This document shows, piece by piece, positions 40,752 through 54,785 of a stretch of DNA of 64,000 nt (the stretch's first letter is position 1; each line of letters begins with the position of its first letter). The stretch covers positions 29,016,001 to 29,080,000 of the forward strand of contig OX597838.1 of assembly GCA_951406725.2 (NCBI GenBank). Direction: 5' to 3'. Below the pieces are notes generated by a model. It saw only the letters and a list, made by a program, of their open reading frames with translations, did not search any database and had not been told where the DNA came from. A program made the translations under genes and the position numbers. The DNA comes from Octopus vulgaris (lineage: Eukaryota).

Positions 40752-40999
40752 ACAAAGAGAGAAAGAGTGGTTGGTAAGAATTCCTTAAAGATCGAGAAGA
40801 TTAATGTGTGCTGGTTCTTGTATGGCTGCCTGATTAAGAAATTCTCATCAGAACCACGCGATTCTGTGTTTCAATAACATTGCCAGGCATTTTTGAAGTC
40901 AAAATCTTGTCGTCTGTCATAGCCTCGGGTTGACCGATGAATTTCCTATGAAATAGTTAGAAGTGTGAAAGCCTGTCGTGTGTGAGTTTATATTCTTTC

Positions 41000-41214
41000 A
41001 CTTTTGTATTTGCTTCAGTCATTTGACTGCGACCATGCTGGAGCACCACCTTTAGTCGAACAAATCGATCCCCAGGACTTATTTTTTTATAAGCCTAGTA
41101 ATTATTTTATCGGTCTTTTTTTGCCGAACCGATAAGTTACGGGGACGTAAACACACCAGCATCGGTTGTCAAGCGATTGTGGGGGGTGGGGAACAAATAC
41201 AGGCACACAAACGA

Positions 41215-41246
<32 letters not shown>

Positions 41247-41436
41247 ACACAATTATATATATATATATATATATACGACGGGCTTCTTTCAGTTTCCATC
41301 TGCCAAATCCACTCATAAGGCTTTAGTCAGCCTGGGGCTTTAGTAGAAGACAATTGCCCAAGGTGCCACGCAGTGGGACTGAACCCGGAACCATATGGTT
41401 GTAAAGCAAGCTACTTACTACACAGCTACTTCTGCA
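41000..41436 (-). mobile_element. SINE family A, full length
   Basis: Matches the consensus. Confidence 0.85.
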
Positions 41437-41511
41437 CGTACATTTTTATTCTTATGATAAATGCAGATAATAAAATTTTACTGAATGTGATATCTCCATA
41501 TTCTTACTCTC

Positions 41512-41573
<62 letters not shown>

Positions 41574-41761
41574 TAGTATAGAAGCCATCTTAACATGGCT
41601 AACCACATGGGGAGGGGGTGTTACTGTAGCTTTATAGCCCCAGGAGCGTGTCGTCTCCAGCTGGCTTTAGACACCATATCAGTGTCCTTAAAGTATTTGC
41701 AAAGGGAGGCCATCCCTTCCTCGCAATCCTGAGTGATACGCTCGGACTAGTTTCGGGATTG

Positions 41762-41816
<55 letters not shown>

Positions 41817-41966
41817 AAGTATATTGTCCACTTAAATATGGCAAACATCTTCTCCTGGGGCTACAAGCTACAGTTGTATCCACCCTTAAGGGTTAGCCAC
41901 ATTTAAGTGGCAAATGTACTTCACATTGTCGTGCAGTTACTGTTTATACCCCGTTCAGAGATTTAT

Positions 41967-42011
<45 letters not shown>

Positions 42012-42166
42012 ATATATCTACATACATATGTTTGTGTGTGTATATATATATATATACATTTATGCATGTGTATGTGTTTATATGAATGTATGTACCTGTA
42101 AAACTATGAATTCCCGTGTGTGTGTGTATGTATGTATGTACGAGAGTGTGTGTTTGTGTATTGACA

Positions 42167-42197
<31 letters not shown>

Positions 42198-42703
42198 GTG
42201 CGCCTGAAAATGTGTTGATTTTTTACCTCAATATCGAAAAAGCATCGCCGTGATAAAAGATTAACAAGAAAGAAAAACAAAACATGAACCGGTGCTTTCG
42301 ACCCGAAATACCAAGTGATACTCGTTCGTCCGTTGTTGCACTGGTGCCGTAACAAATGCAGTGAACCAGTGGTTGGGTCTTTTGAAAAACCTACGATGCC
42401 ATTGTTTCCCCGTTCGCCATATGAAATTAAAAATATAGAAATCGATAGTTCGATTATATTCAATTCAAATTAGTGATTGAATTAAAGGTGGTGGTGGAGT
42501 GGGGGGTTGCACCTTGTGGGAAGCGGCAGCTCTATCTTCTTTCTTTGAACCCCCATCACGTCGTGAATGTGGTAAGATGCTTGCCTCCGTGCTAACTTGG
42601 TTCCGGGTTCAGTCCCACTGCGTGTTGTACCTTGGGTCAAGTGGTTTCTACTTATAGCCTCGGGCCGACCAAAGCCTTTGTGAGTGGATTTGGTAGATGG
42701 AAA

Positions 42704-42894
42704 CATCGTCGTCATCATCATCATCGCCATCATCATCATCATCATCATCGTCGTCGTCTTCTTCCTCCTCCTCCTCATCATCATCATCATCACCATCGTC
42801 ATAATCGTCAAAGTCATCATCATCATCATCGTCGTCGTCTTCTTCCTCCTCCTCCTCATCATCATCATCATCACCATCGTCATAATCGTCAAAG

Positions 42895-42933
<39 letters not shown>

Positions 42934-42954
42934 CCATCGTCATAATCGTCATAG

Positions 42955-42992
<38 letters not shown>

Positions 42993-43155
42993 GTCAGCAT
43001 CGTCATAATCGTCATAGTCATCATCGTCACCATCGTCATAATCGTCATAGTCATCGTCATCATCATCATCATCATCATCGTTGTTGTCGTCGTCGTCGTC
43101 GTTGTCATCATAATCATCATCATCATATAATCATCATAATCATCATCATCGTCGT
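42704..43155. repeat. Compound (CAT)n microsatellite with internal duplications
   Basis: The block CATCGTCGTCGTCTTCTTCCTCCTCCTCCTCATC..CACCATCGTCATAATCGTCAAAGT occurs twice. It follows a SINE A 5' half (42565-42703). Confidence 0.9.
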
Positions 43156-43365
43156 GTCAGCTTTACACAACAACCACCACCACCACTAACGCACCACCGA
43201 CTTGTCTGTGATTGTGTGTGTGTAATTGTATGTGTGTGTGTGTGTAATTGTATGTGTGAGTGTGTGTGCATTTCATAATTAAAAGAGTTGTTTTATTCGG
43301 AATTCCGGTTTTAATGATTGGTTTGGCAGCTGCTTTGAGTGTCATGGCGAATGATGCCTATCCAC

Positions 43366-43425
<60 letters not shown>

Positions 43426-43652
43426 ACACACACTCATACATAGGTTCGTATACTTGGATATATATAAGTGATAAACATCATTGCTTTAACACGTCAAATG
43501 ATAGGGTACCATTAACAAGGCATCTGAATACCGCCAACAATACACACACACGCACACACACACACACACACGCACACATACACACACACACACACACATG
43601 CACACACACACACACGCACACAGACACATACACACATACACAGACACACACA

Positions 43653-43692
<40 letters not shown>

Positions 43693-43759
43693 CACGCACA
43701 CACACACGTACACACACACAAGAATTGCGTCTTCATCGTGTCTCATTAATAAGACACAT

Positions 43760-43991
43760 TTTATTCTTTTATTCATATATTTGCTTCAGTCATTTGACTG
43801 CGGCCATGCTGGAGCACCGCCTTTTTTAGCTCGAGCTAAAGCCTAGTACTTATTCTTTGTAAGCCTAGTACTTATTCACTTATTCTATCGGTCCCATTTT
43901 GCCGAACAGCAATGTTATACGGGGACGTAAATGAACCAGCATCGATTGTTATACGATGTATGTTGGCGGGAGGGGGACAAACACAGACGCA

Positions 43992-44000
<9 letters not shown>
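43760..44000 (-). mobile_element. SINE family A, 3' half
   Basis: Tail and 3' body on the minus strand, with a local AAGCCTAGTACTTATTC duplication. Confidence 0.8.
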
Positions 44001-44054
<54 letters not shown>

Positions 44055-44449
44055 GCACGCACGCACGCACGCATGCATATACTTTCATACAAGTTGAAAC
44101 CGATAAAGCAGAACTGAATAATTCATGTGGTATTATCATTGTAAACATCAGATGTTAATTATCTCACATCACCCTGTAATATCAATTGATAAAACGAAAA
44201 CTGATCCTTCTTCCTTGTTCGGCCAAAACGCAAGCGTACACAACATGATGTGTACACATACACAAACACACACACACACACACACATACACAAGGTCGGA
44301 CATATACAGGCAGATACACAAGCACACACATGAAGAGATTCGACACAAGCAGTTATAATAATGCTAAATGTACGCATTCATTGATAGACATAGAGCTACA
44401 TATATACAAAGAGACTGATCAAACACATACATACAAATACATATACATA

Positions 44450-44866
44450 TGTAGGAGTGGCTGTGTGGTAAGTAGCTTGCTAACCAACCACATGGTTCCG
44501 GGTTCAGTCCCACTGCGTGGCACCTTGGGCGAGTGTATTCTGCTATAGCCCCGGGCCGACCAATGCCTTGTGAGTGGATTTGGTAGACGGAAACTGAAAG
44601 AAGCCTGTCGTATATATGTATATATATATATATATTTATGTGTGTGTATATGTTTGTGTATCTGTGTTTGTTCCCCTAGCATTGCTTGACAACCGATGCT
44701 GGTGTGTTTACATCCCCGTCACTTAGCGGTTCGGCAAAAGAGACCGATAGAATAAGTACTGGGCTTACAAAGAATAAGTCCTTTGGGTCGAGTTGCTCGA
44801 CTAAAAGGCGGTGCTCCAGCATGGCCGCAGTCAAATGACTAAAACAAGTAAAATAGTAAAAGAGAA
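44450..44866 (+). mobile_element. SINE family A, full length
   Basis: Matches the consensus. Confidence 0.9.
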
Positions 44867-45155
44867 TAGATACAAGCGCACACATACATGGCGATTGCCT
44901 CATCTTGTCAGGTGACAGCCATCTTACATTCATCCTGATTGTTTTTATTAACGATCGTCCTTATATGTGTGCGGATATCGATCGCAGTTGGATTTTTACA
45001 CCAATATTCTTCTGTATATCTCTGTTCCTTCAGAATGTGTACCTTAACCAACGTAATTTACAAGGTATTTCACAAAAACCCTTGCCAACTAAAGCCCCAG
45101 GCTGACTAATGCCTTATGAGTGGATTTGGTAGATGGAAACTGAAAGAAGCCTGTC

Positions 45156-45194
<39 letters not shown>

Positions 45195-45336
45195 ATTTCT
45201 TTACTACCCACAAGGGGCTAAACACAGAGGGGACAAACAAGGACAGACAAACGGATGAAGTCGATTACATCGACCCCAGTGCGTAACTAGTACTTTATTT
45301 ATCGACCCCGAAAGGATGAAAGACATAGTCGACCTC

Positions 45337-45404
<68 letters not shown>

Positions 45405-45515
45405 GTGTGTGTGTGTGTCACGAAATGAGGAGAGTGGAATGAGCACGGTGTAGCTCTGTGGATTAAATAATAGGTTAGCTTCGAAATTCCGCTGCGACAA
45501 CTGAGATCAACACGA

Positions 45516-45560
45516 GACACCTGAAGATGGCTGGAGTATACAACAGCTGAAATGTGGTGA
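45516..45560 (+). ncRNA. Degenerate minimal hammerhead ribozyme
   Basis: CAC-CTGAAGA-T-GGCTG gagtatacaa CAGCT-GAAAT-GTG-GTG. It is a homologue of 46222-46267. Confidence 0.6.
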
Positions 45561-45798
45561 AAGCAACAATCAACATATAAGGAAACCAGTCCGACTAATT
45601 ATAAACAGTATATTTAATCCTTTCTACTAAAGGCACAAGGTTTGACATTTTGGGTGAGGGGACCAGTCAGTTAGATCGACCCCCAGTGTTTCACTGGTAC
45701 TTAATTTATCGATCCCGAAAGGATGCAAAGCAAAGTCGGCCTCAGCGGTATTTGAACTCAGAGTGTAAAGACAGATGAAATGCCGCTAAGCTATACCC

Positions 45799-46022
45799 GA
45801 TCATGTATGGAAAAATGGAGACCCCCTACTCCTGTGGGATGAAGTTAAAATAATAGACATAGAACACCACTGGAAAATACGAAAACTAAAAGAAGCAGCA
45901 CATATGCTAGGACACACCAACCCCCTAAGCAGACCGAGTGCAGATATGAGTAGCATATGGGAACCGGTATTAAAGAAGGACAGAAAAATATTAATTATAA
46001 GCCCTAAGATTCTAAGCAGTGA

Positions 46023-46080
<58 letters not shown>

Positions 46081-46102
46081 GATGATGATGATAATGATGA
46101 TG

Positions 46103-46163
<61 letters not shown>

Positions 46164-46325
46164 CAACAACAACATCGTAAAATACATTAGGAATGAGAAC
46201 CCAGGTTCTAAACTTCCCCTAGACACCTGATGAAGGCTGGAGGGTATATCAGCCGAAATGTTGTGTTAACAACAAACAAGATGAGGACAAATATCCGTCA
46301 AGTGTAAATAATGTATATAATGAAT
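45799..46325 (+). mobile_element. Penelope-like element 3' end (GIY-YIG C-terminus, (AAT)n tract, HHR-bearing 3' UTR)
   Basis: The frame from 45799 reads DHVWKNGDPLLLWDEVKIIDIEHHWKIRKLKEAAHMLGHTNPLSRPSADMSSIWEPVL, matching the PLE H..WD.V.I...E..W..RK.KEA motif. Confidence 0.8.
46222..46267 (+). ncRNA. Minimal type-I hammerhead ribozyme, canonical core
   Basis: GACAC-CTGATGA-A-GGCTG gagggtatat CAGCC-GAAAT-GTT-GTGTT. Confidence 0.8.
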
Positions 46326-46710
46326 ATACAGGCTATCCGTAAAAAAACATTGTCCTAGGAAAAATTCAGAGAACCCCTCGTTATTGAATACATACATAGG
46401 CACCGACACAATGAATATTTGTGGAACATTCATTAAACATCTGTTAAGTGTAAACAAATCAGACCGGATATCGAGGTTTAGGACAGACAAGAAAAAACAC
46501 GTACCGTCGTAGAGTACGTGCCCTGTTGGCGTGCGGATCCCAGGACATGAGCAAGTATTTTCTGCTGTTGACGTAAAATAACGAAGTATTTTTCTCCTCC
46601 ATTTTATACAGAGGCCACTTGCTAGAGAGGCTGTAGGCCAACGGGTTTAGGGTCTGAAGAAACGCTGGAAAGCCAGGCGCTTTATAGACGTGAAAACCAG
46701 GGTAACCTCA
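46324..46710 (+). mobile_element. Second decayed PLE remnant with terminal HHR (46650-46708)
   Basis: It reads IYRLSVKKHCP...TYIGTDTMNICGTFIKHL (GIY-YIG-like), then GGGT-CTGAAGA-A-ACG..CGT-GAAAACCAGG-GTA-ACCT before a (TATC)n tract. Confidence 0.5.
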
Positions 46711-46712
46711 TA

Positions 46713-46980
<268 letters not shown>

Positions 46981-47062
46981 CATCCATCCATCCATCCATC
47001 CATCCATCCATCCATCCATCCATCCATCCATCCATCCATCCATCCATCTATCTATCTATCTA

Positions 47063-47170
<108 letters not shown>

Positions 47171-47673
47171 CATATGTGTGTGTGCGTGTATAACTAGATA
47201 GCTATAGATATACGTAAATGCACACACACACACACACAAACAGACACACACCCACACACACACACACAAACACACATATACACACGCACACAAATATATA
47301 TATAAAAACTTGCTGTATTCCATCCAATTCAGCTTTGTTTTCACTTTCGTCGCCATTTCCTCCATTCTGCTTTTGTTTCCATTATCTTAATTCATTTGTG
47401 TTTCACCTCTCTCCAACCCATTCATGCCCTCCCCTCACCACTACCGTTCTCTGTTTATTTGTCTTTAATCGCTTTTTGTCGTTAGTTGGATATTCATTTT
47501 AATTTCACTTGATTCTTTTACCATTTTGACAGGAAATTATCCGATAATTTGCAGACCAGCGATATTATTTAAGAGCAAAGCTACGTGTGGGCAGCATAGA
47601 TGCGTATGTGTGTGCGTGTCTATGTGTGTGTGTGTGCGCTTATGTACGAGTGTGTTTGTGATGGAGACTTGTG

Positions 47674-47732
<59 letters not shown>

Positions 47733-47817
47733 AAAAAATATTAGGGAATAAATCCAAACTTACAGGGAAAAATAAGATTTGTTTGATTTGCTTAATAGTG
47801 GTTTTATCTCTAATTTA

Positions 47818-47865
<48 letters not shown>

Positions 47866-47924
47866 CTCGCATATATATATAATTACATTATATATATAAT
47901 TACAAAGGCGTCGAACTGGCATAA

Positions 47925-48155
47925 AGGCGTCGAACTGGCAGAAACGTTAGCACGCCGGGCGAAATGCATAGCCGTATTTCGTCTGTCGTTACGTTCCGGG
48001 TTCGAATTCCGCCGAGGTCGACTTCGCCTTTCATCCTTTCGGGGTCGATAAATTAAGTACCAGTTACGCACTGGGGTCGATGTAATCGACTTAATCCCTT
48101 TGTCTGTCCTTGTTTGTCCCCTCTGTGTTTAGCCCCTTGTGGGTAGTAAAGAAAT
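47925..48155 (+). mobile_element. SINE family B, full length
   Basis: Complete copy with its first ~19 bp tandemly duplicated and a TSD-like ATATATATAATTACA on both sides. Confidence 0.9.
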
Positions 48156-48216
48156 ATATATATAATTACATAATATATAAATGCACACACATATGCAAAT
48201 AAAGTTATAGATATGT

Positions 48217-48381
48217 GGCGCAGGAGTGGCTGTGTGGTAAGTAGCTTGTTTACCAACCACATGGTTCCGGGTTCAGTCCCACTGCGTGGCACCTTGGGCA
48301 AGTGTCTTCTTCTATAGCCTCGGGCCGACCAAAGCCTTGTGAGTGGATTTGGTAGACGGAAACTGAAAGAAGCCCGTCGTA

Positions 48382-48445
<64 letters not shown>

Positions 48446-48660
48446 TGTGTGTGTTTGTGTGTCTGTGTTTGTCCCCCTAGCATTGCTTGTCAACCGATGC
48501 TGGTGTGTTTATGTCCCCGTCACTTAGCGATTCGGCAAAAAGAGACCGATAGAATAAGTACTGGGCTTACAAAGAATAAGTCCCGGAGTCGATTTGCTCG
48601 GCTAAAGGCGGTGCTCCAGCATGGCCGCAGTCAAATGACTGAAACAAGTAAAAGAGTAAA
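48217..48660 (+). mobile_element. SINE family A, full length
   Basis: Very close to the consensus. Confidence 0.92.
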
Positions 48661-49892
48661 AAAAAAATACACACACATATATACATACATACACACACAC
48701 ATACGTATATACTTATACATCTCTCTCTCTCACTATGTCTCTCTCTCTATATATAAATATATAGAGATAAAGATATATAGATATCGAGTGAGAGAGGTAA
48801 AAAGAAAGAGGCAACCAAAGATGGAAAGAGAATACGTATGTGTGTGTATCTCTATATTATATGTGTGTGTATGTGTATATATGTGTGTGTATGTGTATAT
48901 ATGTGTGTGTATGTGTATATATGTGTACGTATGTGCGCGCGCGCGTACATATTGGTCAGTAGGTGAGGGTATGTCTAATTGGAACATTATAGTAATGATT
49001 AGATGTATAGACAGGTGTGTCTATCCGTACCTCTATGCACATGTGTGTATGTGTATGTGTCTGTGTATGTGTGTGTGTGAGTGGCGGTGGTGGGAACATA
49101 TTGTTTCTGGAACTCTCTGTAAAGGCACGTGGTTTAGTGCTTACGGAGTTGCACTTGCGATCGCAACATCCTAGTTTCGATTCCCGCACCGGGTAGTGCG
49201 TTATGGTTTTGAGCAAGGCACTTCACCACCCGTTGCTCTGCTTTCACCTCAACAACTCACGCATGCAACACTTATGAACCTGTTCACGGTTTGAAACATT
49301 TTGGGGAGAGGACTAGTCGATTATATCGACCCCAGTGTTTCACTGGTACTTAATTTATCGACCCCGAAAGGATGAAAGGCAAAGTCGACCTCGGCGAAAT
49401 TTGAACCCAGAACGTAAGATTTGATGGAGGGGGTGCACCATAAACGTTTAATCATTATTAATAAATCATTTGTGCAGGTTATTCAGTAACACCTTGCGGA
49501 ACCCTCATTGATCGTTTACAAAAGGAGCGTCTACGATTTGCATATATCTTTAGTCTTTCGTCTTTTATCTTTTTCTCGTATCAGTCACTGGAGTGCTGCC
49601 ATAGTTGGGGCCTGGATCACACCAACAAATGCAGGAATTCTTTCCACAAACAGTGCCCGACTGACCCTACTATACTGTGTAGTCGACAAAATCGAAAACA
49701 AAGAATGCCAAATTAAAAATATAAAATGGCGACTATTTACCCATCGCACGCTGTACATACATTTCAGACTGTTAAACCGAGCTTACGCGGGTTTCTTTTT
49801 GCACTCCTATGCTCAAAGCTTTTCTTATATATTCTCTCTCTCTCTCTCTCTGTCTTTCACATACTCTCTCACACTTTCTCTCACTTACTCGT

Positions 49893-49936
<44 letters not shown>

Positions 49937-50072
49937 CTCATTTATAATTGCTTAAGAAAAATTTATAAATATATACATGTATGTTTATATATATAGAGAT
50001 TCATAGATAGATGTATATCTACGTGCATATATATGTGTATATATATGTATGTGTGGGAGTGTATATATATAT

Positions 50073-50118
<46 letters not shown>

Positions 50119-50443
50119 ACATATATATATGTATACATATATATATATACACACATATATGTATATATATGTATATATATATGTATACATATATATACAT
50201 ATACATATATATATGTGTATGTATATATATATATAAATATGTATATGCATATATGTATGTATAAATATATATATATATTTATATATATGTATGTATATAT
50301 GCATATACATAAATACGTACATGTATATTTATCTATTTGTTTATATATATATGTTCAGATATATATTTATATATGTACACATACCTAGATATTCATGATT
50401 GTATTACATGTATGCATATTTACGTATATGCCTATACATACAT

Positions 50444-50474
<31 letters not shown>

Positions 50475-51009
50475 CATACATATATACATATATATATATA
50501 TGTATGTATATATATATATATATACATATATACATATATATATATATATGTGTGTATATATATATATATATGCATATATATATATATATATATATACATA
50601 TATGCACACACACAGACACACAAACACACACACACGTTCAGGTCTTTAATTATCTGTGTACATCTCCGGGGACGGTGTTTCCAATCTTTTCATTCCCATG
50701 CTATTTATATGCAACTTCGATTTCCTACGCACTAAACATAACCTTCAAGCTATATATATATACATATACACCCTCCTACACACATGCGTATGCACATATA
50801 CACACCGTAATTTGCGTGTTCACAAATACGGAGTCTACACGTTTATGCATCCGCACATGTCAAAATAATGTCAGAAAAACAAAATTTTTTTTTTACACAA
50901 TTGAAAATATACGCCATGTTATCTCCAAGTTGGGATTGTTGTGTTTAATTATATGAATTCAAGAATATAAACGTACGTGCTCACCACACACTTATGCATG
51001 CACAGGTAA

Positions 51010-51050
<41 letters not shown>

Positions 51051-51177
51051 CATATCTGTAAATATATATATATATATATACATATATATGCACATATATA
51101 TGTATGTATATATATATATCTATATCTATCTATCTTTATATATGTATATATATGTATATATATGTATATATATATAA

Positions 51178-51208
<31 letters not shown>

Positions 51209-51502
51209 CATATACACATATACATGCGCACATATACACATATGTGCATACACACACATACATACATACATGCATACATGTGTATATATATATATATATA
51301 TACGTATACATCCATGCATATTTATATATGCGTGCGTATATGTGTATGCTTACTTACATATATAGACATATACATATATCAGGTCTTAAGTCACGTGGTA
51401 TTGTTTTGTTATGTTAGCGCAAATTACATATATGAGTATGCACGTATGCATGCATGTATGCATGTATGCATATATGTATGTATGTATGTATGCATCTACA
51501 TG

Positions 51503-51583
<81 letters not shown>

Positions 51584-52192
51584 ACACACATGTATTACAT
51601 TTATTTCCATTTGTCATCCTTTTATGTGTTTTCCATAGATTTAATATCTGAACAAGTTCGTGTCTTCCCATTTTTTGTTTTCATGGAAGAGGAAGTCTTC
51701 CTACATCGAACAGAAGAACAATCCTTCGGCCTGGCTTCCACACAGTTTCCGTCCACCTTGTTTCACTCACAAGATTTTGATTACCCCAACGTTATGGTTG
51801 AAGATGTTTGCCGAAGGTGCCGCGCAGTGAGATCGAACTGGAAGCCATACAGATTTGAACTTAAACTTCCTTGCCGCTGAGCCCTGACACGTTGTTGGGT
51901 AACCGATTTAATCATCCGTTATCCTACCTATCTACCTGTCTCCATCGGCACCTTTAGTTAGCTTATTCCGCTGTTAGCAGTATCCGTGTCTGAAGATAAC
52001 CTGACAGATCAATTTTTTTATCGATTGATTTGACTTGGAGGAAGAGATCGTTCTCTTATCCGTCGCACGTCCTAGGAGACCAGAGAGGCCGATGTGGTTA
52101 TGTTTATTTCCTCGTGAATATTTGTAAGTCAGTTTCTGCGGCAAATAATTGTAGTAGTAGTAGTAATAATAATAATGCTGATAATAATAATA

Positions 52193-52616
52193 TGTCTTGG
52201 TATAAATGACGGGCTACAGCAAATATTCTGCTCAATACCACAGATTTGCTTGTCAGTTGTTTGACCTTAACCAGTTGACCATGTCCCTTAGTGGCTGACA
52301 ATACGTGCATCTCTAATCACAAGCAGAAGTAATGGGGGAGCATCATAGCCATGTCTTGAAAGGAATTCTTAGAGGTTTGGATAATTCACCTTTGGAAACA
52401 TTGGTGGTTGTTTCAGCATCCTTAAAAAATCCTCATTCATGAACCTTTTGAGCGGGATGGGCTACTCGACCAGAAGAGAATTCTAACTGGGTTCCACCTG
52501 CAAGGTCATGTGCTGTTTATCTTGATATGAGATCACCATGTCGCGCACATATGGTTGTGATGCATGTGCCTGGTGTACCCTTATCAGACGGGTAGTCATG
52601 GTGGGTATACTGGCCT
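52193..52616 (+). mobile_element. (TAA)n-associated interspersed repeat
   Basis: Homologous to 17519-17896 and, at its 3' end, to 56122-56170. Confidence 0.75.
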
Positions 52617-52708
52617 TTTATAGATGGTTTTATTACATTTATAGATGTTCTATTTACACAGCCTTGGTTTTTTAACTCATAACGCAAAAAATTCTTATAT
52701 ATATCATA

Positions 52709-53046
52709 GGCGCAGGAGTGGCTGTGTGGTAAGTAGCTTGTTTACCAGCCACATGGTTCCGGGTTCAGTCCCACTGCGTGACGGAAACTGAAAGAAGCCC
52801 GTCGTATATATGTATGTATATATGTGTGCGTGTATGTTTGTGTGTCTGTGTTTGTCCCCCTAGCATTGCTTGTCAACCGATGCTTGTGTGTTTATGTCCC
52901 CGTCACTTAGCGGTTCGGCAAAAGAGACCGATAGAATAAGTACTGGGCTTACAAACAATAAGTCCCGGAGTCGAGTTTCTCGACTAAAGGTGGTGCTCCA
53001 GCATGGCCGCAGTCAAATGACTGAAACAAGTAAAAAGAGTAAAGAG

Positions 53047-53048
<2 letters not shown>
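52709..53048 (+). mobile_element. SINE family A with internal deletion
   Basis: The head joins directly (CCACTGCGTG|ACGGAAACTG), so the core segment is missing. Confidence 0.9.
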
Positions 53049-53080
<32 letters not shown>

Positions 53081-53111
53081 CTCTTTACTCTTTTTACTTA
53101 TATATATAATT

Positions 53112-53187
<76 letters not shown>

Positions 53188-53223
53188 AATTATTTATTTA
53201 AATGGCACAATACACGTATTAAA

Positions 53224-53274
53224 GCGCTGCTAATAGCTTCATTTATTGAGAAAACTCAAACATTCTTCAGGCGC
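53224..53274 (-). ncRNA. Hammerhead-like motif with a G15.1-C16.1 pair
   Basis: GCGC-CTGAAGA-ATGTTTGAG TTTT CTCAATAAAT-GAA-GCT att AGC-A-GCGC. Confidence 0.55.
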
Positions 53275-53429
53275 AAACCACATATCATAAAAAAATTGAA
53301 TAATAGAAGAAACGCGAAAAAACAGAGATGGCAGCATATTTGTTGAATTTTTTATCACGCAAAAGTACATTTTGTGTGTATATATATATATATATACATA
53401 CACATATATATATGTATGTATGCATGTAT

Positions 53430-53605
53430 GTATCTCCATTTCTTTCATTCTCTCTCCATTTTCCCCCTCTCAATCCTTTCTGTCGAAGAGCGTAGGATCG
53501 AAATGTCAAAGACTTTTCTATTATTCACGGAAGTTAAACTAATACATCTCCTAGTTGCTTCTTCACCTGTCTACGTCTTTTGTTTTCTATAATTTCGAAT
53601 CATAT
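53430..53605 (+). mobile_element. Short PLE-type element with minimal HHR (53476-53511)
   Basis: CTTT-CTGTCGA-A-GAGC GTAG GATC-GAAAT-GTC-AAAG. Confidence 0.75.
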
Positions 53606-53723
53606 ATATACATATATATGTTTGGTTTTATAACAAGAAAAAACAATTTAACATTAAGCTGAAGGATAATTTAATACTTTTGGTAGTGTACACATTGATT
53701 ATTCTTTCACAAGAACAGGATTG

Positions 53724-53768
53724 ACAGTAACTTCCAAGTTTCGGTCAACGAAGCCATCATCAGAATGT
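53724..53768 (-). ncRNA. Type-I hammerhead ribozyme motif, canonical core
   Basis: ACATT-CTGATGA-T-GGC ttcgtt GACC-GAAAC-TTGGAA-GTT-ACTGT. Confidence 0.65.
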
Positions 53769-53900
53769 ATGTACGCAAACACACACACATCATCATCATC
53801 GTCATCCTCATCATCATCACCATCGTCGTCATCATCATCATCATCATCATCATCATAATCGTCATTGTCATCTTCATCATCATCATCATCATCGTCATCG

Positions 53901-53944
<44 letters not shown>

Positions 53945-54014
53945 GTCGTCATCTTCCTCCTCCTTATCATCATCGTCATCTTCATCATCGTCATCATCGT
54001 CATCTTCATCATCG

Positions 54015-54099
<85 letters not shown>

Positions 54100-54164
54100 G
54101 ATCTTCGTCATCGTCATCGTCATCATCATCATCATCATCATCATCGTCATCATCATCATCTATC

Positions 54165-54472
54165 CTTAGTCGTCTACCCTTACTCTCAGCTGGTTGGGTA
54201 CCTTGAACTCCTATCCACAGGCCTTCTCCTTACCGTCCTCATATGCCGTCCATGCATTTAAGGCCCGTCCAATTCTTCATATCACTAAACCACGCAATTC
54301 TGGCTTTTTCTCCCCTCTTCGTCTTCCTCTTTCGCCATTAATTTTCTCTTCCATTAACTATAAACCATTTTCACTTCTAATTAAGTGTCAAAAATATTTT
54401 AGTTTTCTCTATCTTTGATGATATCTAATAAAATCTAAATTCATTCATTCATTCATTCATTCATTCATTCAT

Positions 54473-54507
<35 letters not shown>

Positions 54508-54785
54508 CTTTGCCATATTTAGTTCTTCGTCATTGGTTCTGTCTTCTGTCCATGATTTTCTCAAGAGTGTTCTTCCATATATACCTACGTCTCAAAGGAT
54601 TGTAATCTATTTGATAATAATTATGTTTATGTCCATGTTGTACTTCCATACAAACGACCAGAGATTGCATTTTTAATAATCGTTTCTCTTCTTCTCCTTG
54701 TTTTTCTCATTCATATTAATGCTTGCTTCTTGATGTCGGAGTGTTTGACAATTTTTAATGACTTTCGAGACTATCTCAGTCCTTC
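54165..54785 (-). mobile_element. Old RTE/BovB-like LINE fragment
   Basis: Minus-strand remnants LYGSTTWT, RLQSFE, LRKSWTEDRTNDEEL and RIAWFSDMKNWTGL match RTE C-terminal motifs. A (CAT)n tract lies at its 3' side. Confidence 0.65.
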
